Positions 1-8,796 of a stretch of DNA of 64,000 nt are shown piece by piece (position 1 is the first letter of the stretch; each line of letters begins with the position of its first letter). The notes beneath the pieces are model-generated. The model was given only the letters and a program-made list of their open reading frames with translations. It had not been told where the DNA came from and ran no database searches. Both the position numbers and the translations under genes were made by a program. Source of the stretch: an uncultured Sphaerochaeta sp. GTDB lineage: Bacteria; Spirochaetota; Spirochaetia; Sphaerochaetales; Sphaerochaetaceae. The DNA is taken from NCBI GenBank assembly GCA_964407735.1, contig CAYOWS010000012.1, forward strand, positions 28,853 to 92,852. Reading direction: 5' to 3'.

Positions 1-193
1 TGCCGCCGCGGTGGACGTGGTCTCCACCGAGCCGATCAAAGGGGACAATCCCTTGCTCAAGGCCCGAAACTGTTTCATTTCACCCCATATCAGCTGGGCT
101 CCCAAAGAGAGCCGGCAACGGCTGATGGATATCGCAGTGGACAATCTGAGGAAATTTTTGGAAGGGACGCCCGTGAACATAGTCAATCCCTAG
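1..193 (+). CDS. D-isomer-specific 2-hydroxyacid dehydrogenase family protein, C-terminal end (5' part outside window)
   Basis: The reading frame is open to the window edge. The C-terminus NCFISPHISWAPKESRQRL...NLRKFLEGTPVNIV matches the conserved tail of glycerate/D-2-hydroxyacid dehydrogenases. Confidence 0.75.
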   Translation, partial: AAAVDVVSTEPIKGDNPLLKARNCFISPHISWAPKESRQRLMDIAVDNLRKFLEGTPVNIVNP

Positions 194-1152
194 TGGCTGA
201 CGTCTGGGCTTCTGTGATCCGGGCTCTCAGCCTTCTGCTTCGCCACCTGGGTTACGTCGGCCTGGGAGGCGAGCGCCGCTTTCGCGATCGGGGTGAATCC
301 TTCCCCCAGCACCTGGTACGCTTCCTGCACGATCATGAACGCCTTCTCATCTATCTCATGGACGATATTCGTCAGTCTCGATATTTTCTGGTTCGGTACC
401 ACGGTCATGATCACGGTCCTGTCGCTTCCTGTATACATGCCCGTCGCATGGAGCAATGTTCCGCCGTGCCCAAGCTCTTTCATGATCGCCTGGCTGATCT
501 GCTCCCGCTGGTCGCTGATGATATATACCGTCTTCGCATATCTTGTTCCCATGGAGAGCACTACTTTGTCGATCACCAACCCCGTGATATATACGGTGAT
601 GATGGCGTACATGGCGCTTTCAATGCCGAAAGTGAACGCGGACGCGAGTATGATGACGGCGTCGACCAAAAACAGCGAGGTTCCCAACGTCAGCCTGGTA
701 TAGCGGGCGATGATCTGGGCGACGATGTCGGTGCCACCTGTGTTCGATCCGCTTTTCATGACCAGTCCGATGCCGGTCCCCATGAAAACGCCGCCGAACA
801 AGGCTGAAAGCAGTACATTCATCTGATGATCATAGTTGAGGATGCCGTCGTAACCGATCACCAGACATATCCCGCTGGTGAAAACGGAAAGCAAGAGCGT
901 GCCGAGCAAGGATTTCAGTCCGTATTGCGCCCCGAATATCTTCATCCCTATCAGGAACAGCGGGAAGCTCTGGACCAGGATCATCAGACCGGGATCCCAT
1001 CCGAAGGAATGGTAGAGGATGGTCGCGATACCGCTGACGCCTCCACTGGCGATCTTGGCGGGGTTCGTGAATACGGCGACCCCAATGGCGGTAATGAACG
1101 AACCGACCGCTATGTAGAAATATTCTATGACCTTGTGCCGTTTGATTTCCAT
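190..1152 (-). CDS. YitT-family integral membrane protein (DUF2179-type C-terminal domain)
   Basis: The N-terminal half is multi-TM (ASGGVSGIATILYH, GGTDIVAQIIAR) and the C-terminal domain is soluble. I prefer the start at MEIKRH. Upstream in-frame ATGs extend to 1227. Confidence 0.8.
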   Translation of the reverse strand: MEIKRHKVIEYFYIAVGSFITAIGVAVFTNPAKIASGGVSGIATILYHSFGWDPGLMILVQSFPLFLIGMKIFGAQYGLKSLLGTLLLSVFTSGICLVIGYDGILNYDHQMNVLLSALFGGVFMGTGIGLVMKSGSNTGGTDIVAQIIARYTRLTLGTSLFLVDAVIILASAFTFGIESAMYAIITVYITGLVIDKVVLSMGTRYAKTVYIISDQREQISQAIMKELGHGGTLLHATGMYTGSDRTVIMTVVPNQKISRLTNIVHEIDEKAFMIVQEAYQVLGEGFTPIAKAALASQADVTQVAKQKAESPDHRSPDVSH

Positions 1153-1248
1153 ATGGCCAGTATACATCAACCTGTTCCGATAGACCACACCTTGACCGCT
1201 TGGGGACCGGGGATGGTCTGTACGCACCGGGCGAATGACCTCCGGGTA

Positions 1249-1824
1249 TCAGATCTTCTCAGGCAAGGCTACTTCCTGCTTCCGCATCCGTTCAAGCAAC
1301 CGTATCGGGTCGTCATCGACCAGCAGTGAATCGAGTACGAAGGGTTTGATGAATCCCGCTTCGCTGCTGTGCCTGAGGAAGTCGATCAATCCATCGTAGA
1401 ATCCCGCGATATTCAGGAGCGCTACCGGCTTTGAATGATACCGCAGTTGCTGCCAGGTGAAAATCTCCAGAATTTCCTCGAACGTTCCGATCCCTCCCGG
1501 TAAGGCTATGAACCCATCCGCGCGACGGTACATCTCAGCCTTTCGCTGATGCATATCCCCCACGACGACCAGTTCGTCATGTACGACCTTGTTGCAGATT
1601 TTCGGGAGATGGAGTTTTTCGGGGATGACCCCTACGACGGCTCCACCCTGATCATGGATCGTGTCGGCTATCTTTCCCATCAACCCGATGTTGCCTCCGC
1701 CATAGACCAGTCCGATCCCCTGTTCCACCATGGCTTCCGCCAAATCCGTGGCGGCTTTGACATACCGTTCATCGTTGCCGAGCGAAGAGCCACAGAATAC
1801 CGCGATCCGTTCAAGTCTGCCCAT
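1249..1824 (-). CDS. LOG family protein (TIGR00730-type nucleotide 5'-monophosphate nucleosidase)
   Basis: 191 aa with VYGGGNIGLMG and PGGIGTFEEILE, the two LOG/lysine-decarboxylase-like signature motifs. Confidence 0.9.
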   Translation of the reverse strand: MGRLERIAVFCGSSLGNDERYVKAATDLAEAMVEQGIGLVYGGGNIGLMGKIADTIHDQGGAVVGVIPEKLHLPKICNKVVHDELVVVGDMHQRKAEMYRRADGFIALPGGIGTFEEILEIFTWQQLRYHSKPVALLNIAGFYDGLIDFLRHSSEAGFIKPFVLDSLLVDDDPIRLLERMRKQEVALPEKI

Positions 1825-2061
1825 TTCAATCTCCTCAGGAAGTATGCGGAACAGACTATCACATTGAGGGGGAGCGTGATAAGAGTTGCCTGTGCGTGGC
1901 GTTTCTGAACCGTATTTGAGGTTTTTTGCAAAGAATGGTGTTACCTGAAGAAAGTTTGTTTGTTGTCATATAGAATTGTGTTATAGTATACTACATCTGA
2001 TTTGGTCGAGATTGCCGTCAAGGTTTGATATAGGCACTTGTTCCGATATAGGAGAGAAATT

Positions 2062-3219
2062 ATGAATATGAACAACGGTATGAAGAAAGTGATCGCGGTT
2101 CTGTTGGCTTTGCTGGTGTTTATACCCGCTAGCCTGTTCGCGGTTCCCGTCGTAGTCACGTGGGAATGGCTGGTGGAAGATCCAGATGTGACGGCGTTCC
2201 GCTATCAGGTCGATGGCGAAGACCCCGCCGCATGGACTGTGGTCGATTCCAGTATCACAAGCTATACAGTTGAAGGGATCGAGGGTTCCGTTACCCATTC
2301 TTTGTATCTTCAGCAGTCCTATGATGGTGAGAATTGGAGCGTAAGTGCTATTTCTCTCGTTGAACCGCTGGTGGTAGAACCTGCTGTGGAGCCTGTCGCT
2401 GAACCTGCCGTTCCAGAAGAAGCGGCCATTGAGGCCTCCATTGTCGAGCCCGTCGCCGAACCCGTCGCAGAGGTCAGCGTGGAGCCTGTAGCGGAACCGG
2501 AACCTGTAGCGGAGCCTGTTGAAGAGCCCGCCGCTGAACCGGTCGTCGAAGCTGAAGCCGTCGTGGTCGAGGAACCTGTGGTTGAACCGACTCCGATCGT
2601 AGCGGCGCCCGCACCGATCGCTGTTCCTGTTCCCGTCAAGGCGGCAAAGCCGGCGTACAATGATTTCTCCTTCGGCCTCGACTTGTCTTTCGGCGCCATG
2701 GTGAACAGATGGATGCCTGAGGTAAAAGGTTCCTCAACCGCTTACCTGTCTCTTGCCGATCTCTCTCCCGCGGCATCCTTGGGCTTCAAGTTCAATAATA
2801 TCGTCGGATTCGGAAACAGCTTCGGTGTCGGTCTTCGTGTCGACGCTGGTTATATGATGATGATTGACGGCGGATGGGGCTCCTTCTTCAAGGATCTCTT
2901 CAGCTCCAAGTTCGGCAGCACCTTGAAGGGCGCTACCCACGTGGGTACTGTAAGCCTGATGCCTAAGCTGGACATCGCGTTCGGCAGCAAGGCCGGCATG
3001 GCCATTGAAGCCGGTGCGGAGGCTTTCTTCTCCCATCAGCCGCTCAAGGTCGCTGACGCGGGCAAGAAGATCGGTATTGACTGGGGTCTTGCGGCCGGCG
3101 TCCAGTTCGACTTCATGTTGAACGACTGGTTCTCCTTGGGCCTCAACGCCCGTTACCACTATATCTGGGATTATCGGCATTATGTCGACGGCAGATTGGT
3201 TCTGGGGTTCCATTTCTAA
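2062..3219 (+). CDS. Secreted protein: FN3-like N-domain, Pro/Glu/Val-rich repeat linker and C-terminal beta-barrel-like domain ending in Phe
   Basis: SD ggagag lies before the ATG at 2062. Signal peptide is MKKVIAVLLALLVFIPASLFA. The C-terminal part has alternating hydrophobic residues and ends ...RLVLGFHF, which is typical of OM barrels. Confidence 0.7.
   Translation: MNMNNGMKKVIAVLLALLVFIPASLFAVPVVVTWEWLVEDPDVTAFRYQVDGEDPAAWTVVDSSITSYTVEGIEGSVTHSLYLQQSYDGENWSVSAISLVEPLVVEPAVEPVAEPAVPEEAAIEASIVEPVAEPVAEVSVEPVAEPEPVAEPVEEPAAEPVVEAEAVVVEEPVVEPTPIVAAPAPIAVPVPVKAAKPAYNDFSFGLDLSFGAMVNRWMPEVKGSSTAYLSLADLSPAASLGFKFNNIVGFGNSFGVGLRVDAGYMMMIDGGWGSFFKDLFSSKFGSTLKGATHVGTVSLMPKLDIAFGSKAGMAIEAGAEAFFSHQPLKVADAGKKIGIDWGLAAGVQFDFMLNDWFSLGLNARYHYIWDYRHYVDGRLVLGFHF
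2359..2640 (+). repeat. In-frame degenerate repeat encoding a (V/A)EP(V/A)-type linker
   Basis: Reiterated gagcctgt(a/c)gc(g/t)gaacc units translate to VEPAVEPVAEPAVPEE...VAEPVAEVSVEPVAEPEPVAEPVEEPAAEPVVE. Confidence 0.85.
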
Positions 3220-3246
3220 ACTGCGGTCTGGTTTCATTGATATCCA

Positions 3247-3293
3247 GGGAATGTCGCGAAAGTCGGAAGGCTGAAGCGGCGTTCCCTTTTTTT
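3247..3293 (+). terminator. Rho-independent terminator
   Basis: GGGAATG (3247-3253) pairs with CGTTCCC (3280-3286) and is followed by T7, 28 nt after the stop at 3219. Confidence 0.7.
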
Positions 3294-3665
3294 GTATGTT
3301 TCTATAAAAACAAGCCTGTTAACCGTGAGTTCCGAATATTTATTTATACTGTATGGTGTCGCATCGATTTTCCGCGGCGGACTTCATTGCGACTTCATCG
3401 CCGCTTGGTGGAGACTTCGTTTTTGACGCGGTGGCGATGTCTTGGGAATCAGGAGCGTCAGGATATCAACCGCCTCCATAGCTCGCAGTTCTTGGACGTT
3501 TTTGGCGTTGATGTGTTTCAGCTGAACAGTTGGTGGCCCGTATGTCCATATACTGTCATTTGTTACATCGTTTGCATATTGTCGGTAGACATATTGGTGC
3601 TTACAATACAAATAGTCCTGTAAAGCGACATGCTGTTCAATACAGGAAAGGAGTATGTAGCGTCC

Positions 3666-4673
3666 ATGCAGAAACTTTATATCGTAACCGGTGCGAACGG
3701 GCATCTCGGCAACACGATCATCAGGAAACTGAAGAGAAGCAAGGCGTTGGTACGGGGACTGATACTTCCTTTCGAACAAGGACGGTCTCTGTCCAATGTC
3801 ACGTATTTCAAAGGGGATGTCCGCGACAAGGCATCTCTGGAACCGTTGTTCTCCCATACCGAAGGGTTGGAGGTCGTTATGATCCATACCGCCGGTATCA
3901 TAGATATCTCCGAAGATGTATCGCCCTCCATGTATGATGTGAATGTAGAAGGGACGCGAAACATCGTTGAACTCTGCAAAGAGCATGAAGTGCGCCGTCT
4001 GCTCTATGTGAGTTCCGTCCATGCAATTCCAGAGAAAAACAAGCTTCAGGTACTTGAGGAAGTAGATCATTTTTCCGCCGATGAAGTTGTCGGGGGGTAC
4101 GCGAAGACAAAGGCCGAAGCGACACAGCTCGTGCTCGATGCCGTCCAGGACGGGCTTGACGCCGTCATCGTCCATCCTTCGGGCATTCTCGGACCGTATG
4201 ATTCTTCCCATAACCATCTTGTGCAACTGGTCAGTGATTATATCCATGGCAGGCTTCCTGCCTGTGTCAACGGAGGCTATGATTTCGTCGATGTCCGGGA
4301 TGTTGCCGACGGTTGCCTCTCCGCGATAGAGAAGGGGACTCCAGGAGAATGTTTCATCCTGTCGAACCGTCATTATGAGATCAAGGACGTCCTGAAAATG
4401 GTGAAGTCGATCCAGGGGGGCAAGAAACTTCCCGTGCTCCCCATGTGGATGGCGAGAGCTTTCGCTCCGTTGTTCGAGTGGTTCGCCCATCTGAGAAAAA
4501 AGCGACCGCTCTACACCAAGTATTCCCTCTATACGCTGAAAAGCAATGACAAGTTCTCCCATGACAAGGCGACACGAGAACTCGGGTATCGCCCGAGGGA
4601 TCTGTATCAGACCATCTTGGATACGGTGGCCTGGGTGACGAAGAAACCGAGGAAGAAACCCCGGTTTGCCTAA
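3666..4673 (+). CDS. NAD(P)-dependent epimerase/dehydratase, extended SDR (dihydroflavonol-reductase-like)
   Basis: N-terminal Rossmann motif IVTGANGHLGNTIIRKL, a YAKTK catalytic YxxxK motif, and about 335 aa. The long antisense ORF 3384..4562 is a shadow. Confidence 0.85.
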   Translation: MQKLYIVTGANGHLGNTIIRKLKRSKALVRGLILPFEQGRSLSNVTYFKGDVRDKASLEPLFSHTEGLEVVMIHTAGIIDISEDVSPSMYDVNVEGTRNIVELCKEHEVRRLLYVSSVHAIPEKNKLQVLEEVDHFSADEVVGGYAKTKAEATQLVLDAVQDGLDAVIVHPSGILGPYDSSHNHLVQLVSDYIHGRLPACVNGGYDFVDVRDVADGCLSAIEKGTPGECFILSNRHYEIKDVLKMVKSIQGGKKLPVLPMWMARAFAPLFEWFAHLRKKRPLYTKYSLYTLKSNDKFSHDKATRELGYRPRDLYQTILDTVAWVTKKPRKKPRFA

Positions 4674-4837
4674 AATATAATCAGAAGTATATAAATCACT
4701 TCTATCTGTAACATTATCGCTTGTGCTTTGTTATAATAGTAACAGAATGGGGAACTCGCATGGAAGGGAAGGTTCATGTGAGTCTGTTACATGTCGACAT
4801 TGCTCCTCTAGTATAACATTTCATTGGGGGATTCAGT

Positions 4838-6193
4838 ATGAAGAAGCATCATGTTCTCTTTGGCTTTGCTATGCTTACGTGCATTGCATTGTTCATATTC
4901 GTTGGTTGTGATAATGCAGGGACTACTGCGAAAGATGTCAAAATCCAGGTTATGGGAAAAGCTGTGTCTACAGGTTCAAGGGCTGTATCACCGGATTTCA
5001 GCCTTGCCTCTGGTGGTCTCGCTGTCAATGATATACCTGTGGATCTGCAATGGGTGGATTCGTCCGCTAATTCCAACAACGCTGAGTTTGAGGCTACGGT
5101 TACGGTCGAGGTTCCTGTCAAGAATCCCAAAATCAGACTTTCGGCAACTCCTAAAGCCGGTTTCGTCTTTGATGAATGGAGAGTTGACAAAAAAACCGCG
5201 AAAACCGACGGAGTGTGGAAAAAGGTGAAGTTGACCGATTCCCAGGAGGAAAGCTTCACGATTGAGATCGACCCGGATCACGCGAAATACTATACCGCTA
5301 CGTTCGAACCGGGGTTTTATGTCGATCTTGAAAATGGGGATGACACTGCCGTTGGCAGCTATAGACATCCGTTCAAGACCATCGACCAGGCCATGCAGGC
5401 CGTTTCTACGGCAATTGACACAGGAAAAGAGACTGCGGATTATGAAGATGACGACTTTGATGAATTCGTGCTGATCGTTTCCGGCACATCTTCTGAAAAA
5501 GTTGTCATTGCCCAGGAGGTCGGCATCAGTATCAAAGGCGGCTATGCCTCCGACTGGTCCGCAGGAGGACCCGCCGCTCTTGGTGCTGTCGAGATCACTA
5601 GTTCCTCCAAGGCCGAGGATATCGAGATTTCGAATGTAAAGATAGATTCCCTTACCTTCGCGGAACCTCTGGATGAATTGACCGGCTGTGAAATCGGTAC
5701 GCTGACCTATAACGGTTCAGGAGCTGTAGTTGTCGCCAACACAAAGATCACTGGGCAGATCAAAGTACCCCAAGGTTCTACGTTCGTCAATTGCATCTTG
5801 GTCGGAGCCAGTTTTGGAATTTCTACCGATTGTAACTTCTATCATTGCCTGATGCCCAAGGCTTTGTTGCTGCCAGAGGCTGCTGGCACAGCGAAGAACA
5901 ATATTGTTGTCGGTTCAACTGTTGAGTCTGAAGGTGTAACTGGTGCGAATTATTTGCTTACGGATACGGCCAAGTTCACAATCGGAGGTTATCGGACCGA
6001 TGACAGTGCCCTTGTCGCGGCGTTGAAGCTAGCGTCGGGTTTCACCGAGGCTGAAATTGAGGACTTGGAAGATCCGGCAGGGATCGACGATGATTTCCTT
6101 GAAGAGGATATTACAGGCTTCGAACGTCCCGAACTTGAACAGGGCCAAGCGGGCAATTGGTCTTTCGGCCCATATGAATATATCGGGCGTTGA
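4838..6193 (+). CDS. Lipoprotein with DUF1565/right-handed beta-helix-like region
   Basis: Lipobox ...LFIFVGC|D. The motif GSYRHPFKTIDQAMQAV resembles the N-cap motif of DUF1565/pectate-lyase-fold proteins. Confidence 0.7.
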   Translation: MKKHHVLFGFAMLTCIALFIFVGCDNAGTTAKDVKIQVMGKAVSTGSRAVSPDFSLASGGLAVNDIPVDLQWVDSSANSNNAEFEATVTVEVPVKNPKIRLSATPKAGFVFDEWRVDKKTAKTDGVWKKVKLTDSQEESFTIEIDPDHAKYYTATFEPGFYVDLENGDDTAVGSYRHPFKTIDQAMQAVSTAIDTGKETADYEDDDFDEFVLIVSGTSSEKVVIAQEVGISIKGGYASDWSAGGPAALGAVEITSSSKAEDIEISNVKIDSLTFAEPLDELTGCEIGTLTYNGSGAVVVANTKITGQIKVPQGSTFVNCILVGASFGISTDCNFYHCLMPKALLLPEAAGTAKNNIVVGSTVESEGVTGANYLLTDTAKFTIGGYRTDDSALVAALKLASGFTEAEIEDLEDPAGIDDDFLEEDITGFERPELEQGQAGNWSFGPYEYIGR

Positions 6194-6217
6194 TCATTGA
6201 CCGGTATCAAGGTTTTG

Positions 6218-6246
6218 AAAGCGGAGCTTCGGCTCCGCTTTTCTTC
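6218..6246 (+). terminator. Rho-independent terminator
   Basis: aaagcggagc-ttcg-gctccgcttt followed by a T-rich tail, 25 nt after the stop at 6193. Confidence 0.85.
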
Positions 6247-6294
6247 AAGCATATCCCTTGACCAGTCTCGCCCGCTATAGGTATCATTGATCGT

Positions 6295-6639
6295 ATGAAA
6301 CAGGAAACACTGGATGCGATCCGTGTGTTCCGCGATGAGCGGAACTGGCGACGGTTCCATACGGCGAAGGATCTGGCGATATCAATATCGCTGGAGGCTT
6401 CGGAGTTGCTGGAGTTGTTCCAATGGGTCGATTCCAAGGAGGCTGTCGCTCACGACAAGGCCGAAATGGCCGATGAGCTGGCCGATGTCCTGATTTACAT
6501 TGTTCAGTTCGCCGATCTTCTTGATCTCGATCTCGACACTGTAGTCATGGACAAACTCCGTAAGGCGGCTGTGAATTATCCGGTGGATGCGGTGAAGGCA
6601 TGTCGGGACAAGTACAATCTTTCCCCATGCCCCCAATGA
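6295..6639 (+). CDS. MazG-like nucleotide pyrophosphohydrolase (small all-alpha NTP-PPase)
   Basis: 114 aa. FRDERNWRRFHTAKDLAISISLEASELLELFQW and ELADVLIYIVQFADLLDLDL match the EExxE/ExxD helices of the MazG-like family. Confidence 0.85.
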   Translation: MKQETLDAIRVFRDERNWRRFHTAKDLAISISLEASELLELFQWVDSKEAVAHDKAEMADELADVLIYIVQFADLLDLDLDTVVMDKLRKAAVNYPVDAVKACRDKYNLSPCPQ

Positions 6640-6658
6640 AAAGGACGGTGATGGCGTA

Positions 6659-7420
6659 ATGAAATCGAGCCGAATGCAAGCGTGCATCGACTATATCAGG
6701 TTCAATCAGGAAGCCGAAGGCTTCGCTCTGGAAGAGTCGGAGGAAGATGTCTTACGGGAGGTCCTCGACGAGGACCGTACCGCGGATGACGCGACAGAGG
6801 CTCTGGTCGAGGAGCTGAGGCTCCCCGCGGAATATGATCCTCCCGCCGATGATGGGGATGTCTACCCCGGAACCGGTTGCCTGGTCAATTTCTTCAACAT
6901 CAAGGACCGGGACCGGCTTCGTGAAGTCGAAGCGAGATTCGTCAACATCAGGACCGCGGAAGTCCTTCTGGCACCTATCGACACCAAGTTTGACTTTGAT
7001 CATCTGAAGGCGATCCATGAGAAGCTGTTCGGTGACATCTATCCCAGCAGCGGGCAGATTCGTGAGGTGGCCGCCGCCAAACGGACGGTATTCTGCCAGC
7101 CTGAGTTCATCGACGATATGGCGTCCGAGATTTTCGGGAAACTCCGTAGCGATCATTATCTGAAGAACCTCGGTCGGGATGAGTTCATCAATGATTTCGC
7201 GTTCTACATGGGGGAGGTCGAAGCCTTGCATCCGTTCCGGGACGGCAATGGTCGCTCCGCGCGTTTGTTCTTCTATCAGCTCGCCTTGAACGCAGGCTAT
7301 GATATCGAGTGGTACAAGGTCGATCCCGACCGGATGCTTGAAGCGGATATCTCCGCCATCGACGGAGATTATCAGTTGTTGATCGACGTTTTATCCGAGG
7401 TCGTTGTCTCCCCTTGGTGA
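6659..7420 (+). CDS. Fic family protein with N-terminal VbhA-like inhibitory helix
   Basis: Canonical Fic motif HPFRDGNGRSAR. The N-terminus ACIDYIRFNQEAEGFAL carries an xxxEG inhibitory-type motif (NQEAEG versus SxxxEG). Confidence 0.9.
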   Translation: MKSSRMQACIDYIRFNQEAEGFALEESEEDVLREVLDEDRTADDATEALVEELRLPAEYDPPADDGDVYPGTGCLVNFFNIKDRDRLREVEARFVNIRTAEVLLAPIDTKFDFDHLKAIHEKLFGDIYPSSGQIREVAAAKRTVFCQPEFIDDMASEIFGKLRSDHYLKNLGRDEFINDFAFYMGEVEALHPFRDGNGRSARLFFYQLALNAGYDIEWYKVDPDRMLEADISAIDGDYQLLIDVLSEVVVSPW

Positions 7421-7457
7421 ACATTGTTATCATTTTGTGAATTTTTCGTGTGGTCTA

Positions 7458-7486
7458 TTGACGCTGGATTGTTCTGGCTCTATATT
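7458..7486 (+). promoter_or_regulatory. Sigma-70-type promoter of the tetR-efflux operon
   Basis: TTGACG (7458-7463), 17-nt spacer, TATATT (7481-7486). Confidence 0.5.
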
Positions 7487-7510
7487 TGTTACCGAAAATT
7501 CGGTAACAAA
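7485..7510. promoter_or_regulatory. Perfect 26-bp palindrome, probable TetR operator
   Basis: TTTGTTACCGAA-AA-TTCGGTAACAAA overlaps the -10 element, the predicted TSS and the ATG of the TetR gene. Confidence 0.6.
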
Positions 7511-8712
7511 TGGAGCTGTGTGTGGCACGGGATACAAAAGAGAGGATATTGCGGGAGACCCTGTTTGCTTTCAGTTCGTTGCGTTTTGAGGATATCTCTC
7601 TGGCGGCGATCGCAAAACGGGTAGGGATATCCAAAACAGCTATTTTCCGTCACTTTAAAAACAAGCAGGAACTGTTCGACACCCTCGACGCCCGTGTCTT
7701 GGAGCAGGTCAAAGTATTGCGCAACCAGCTGGTGTCGATCGACAAGTCCTCTTTGTCTGAAGCGGAATATCGTTCAAGGCTGTTCGAGGTCCTGGCCCTT
7801 TTCTTCAGTGAGAAACCTGAACTGTTGCCCTATCTTCTTCAGAAGGCGTTCGCTCCGCAGCCAAGTCTGGTGACGGACACATTGCTTGAAGCCTTCGAAG
7901 CACGGAACGTCCGTTCAATCCAGGACCGTTTCGATATGTCGACGATGTGTTTCTTCCTCATGCAGATGGTCAACGATTATCCGGGCGATACCATCATCAT
8001 CCATCAATACGCCGAGGCGGTGTCCCAGCTCATAGAGTGTGGCTTCGCTTGTTTTGAAGTGCTTTCTGACGAGCGGATGAAAGAACTTGATGAACTGACT
8101 GAGGTCTCTGACAAGGAGACCACCCAGGACCGGTTTTTCATCGCGCTTGAACGTGTCCTCAGCAAGTATGGGCCGTTCGGTATCTCGGTCGAGCGGGTCG
8201 CGGATGAGCTAGGCTTGGCCAATAGCTCCATGTATGCGACCTATGAGAGCAAGGAGACGATGATCCGCCAGACTGTGATCAAGGAGTTCCTCAATTTCGT
8301 CAAGGTCTTGATTCAGCGATTGCCCTTTGCCCGGTCCCTGTCCGAAGCGATCTATATCATCCTTTCCACGGCGTCCTCCTATTGTTCACTGTCCATTCCC
8401 CTTTCCGATTGCATCATCTGCTGGATATGCCTCAACGGCCAGCTTGATTGCAACAGCGATGATTTTGAACGATTCGATTTTTATCCACACCAGAACGCCG
8501 AGTTGGATGCCCTGTATGAACAGTTCCAGGGATATTGCGAGGGGAAGGCTGTGAATCCCAACCTGATTTCGCGGTGGATCATGTTCCTTCCGTTCAATCA
8601 TTTCTTCATGCAGAGACTTTGTCCGGAATCCTGTCTGTCCGACTATTCCGACAAGATCCTCTATCGTCTGATACAGAGTGGGGTAGAAGGAGTCCGCCGG
8701 ATGGATAGCTGA
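7510..8712 (+). CDS. TetR/AcrR-family regulator, tandem (two-module) form
   Basis: 400 aa with two TetR_N-like HTH segments: ISLAAIAKRVGISKTAIFRHFKNKQELF near the N-terminus and ISVERVADELGLANSSMYATYESKETMI near residue 230. Confidence 0.85.
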   Translation: MELCVARDTKERILRETLFAFSSLRFEDISLAAIAKRVGISKTAIFRHFKNKQELFDTLDARVLEQVKVLRNQLVSIDKSSLSEAEYRSRLFEVLALFFSEKPELLPYLLQKAFAPQPSLVTDTLLEAFEARNVRSIQDRFDMSTMCFFLMQMVNDYPGDTIIIHQYAEAVSQLIECGFACFEVLSDERMKELDELTEVSDKETTQDRFFIALERVLSKYGPFGISVERVADELGLANSSMYATYESKETMIRQTVIKEFLNFVKVLIQRLPFARSLSEAIYIILSTASSYCSLSIPLSDCIICWICLNGQLDCNSDDFERFDFYPHQNAELDALYEQFQGYCEGKAVNPNLISRWIMFLPFNHFFMQRLCPESCLSDYSDKILYRLIQSGVEGVRRMDS

Positions 8713-8796
8713 ACAACATTGATACAACTGTACCGGTAGATAATCGTATGTAACTGGATCGTTCCGGTTTGTCATATTTCGTGGAGAAGAAAATTT

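Noticed and set aside
3384-4562. 392-aa ORF on the minus strand
   Set aside because: It is antisense to the SDR epimerase/dehydratase gene, which has the Rossmann and YxxxK motifs. Only its non-overlapping tail (3384-3630) is unexplained, and that tail shows no family features.
4739-4790. Hairpin gtaacaga...tctgttac in the leader of the 4838 lipoprotein gene as a possible riboswitch
   Set aside because: The outer stem starts only 2 nt after the likely -10 box (tataat, 4732-4737), so it is probably not fully transcribed. It matches no known aptamer motif.
7523-7538. TGGCAC hexamers as further sigma-54 promoters (here, and TGGCAC/TGGCAT at about 15715, 25506, 41450 and 56921)
   Set aside because: None has a TTGC(A/T) element at the required N5 spacing. 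Several lie inside coding sequence.
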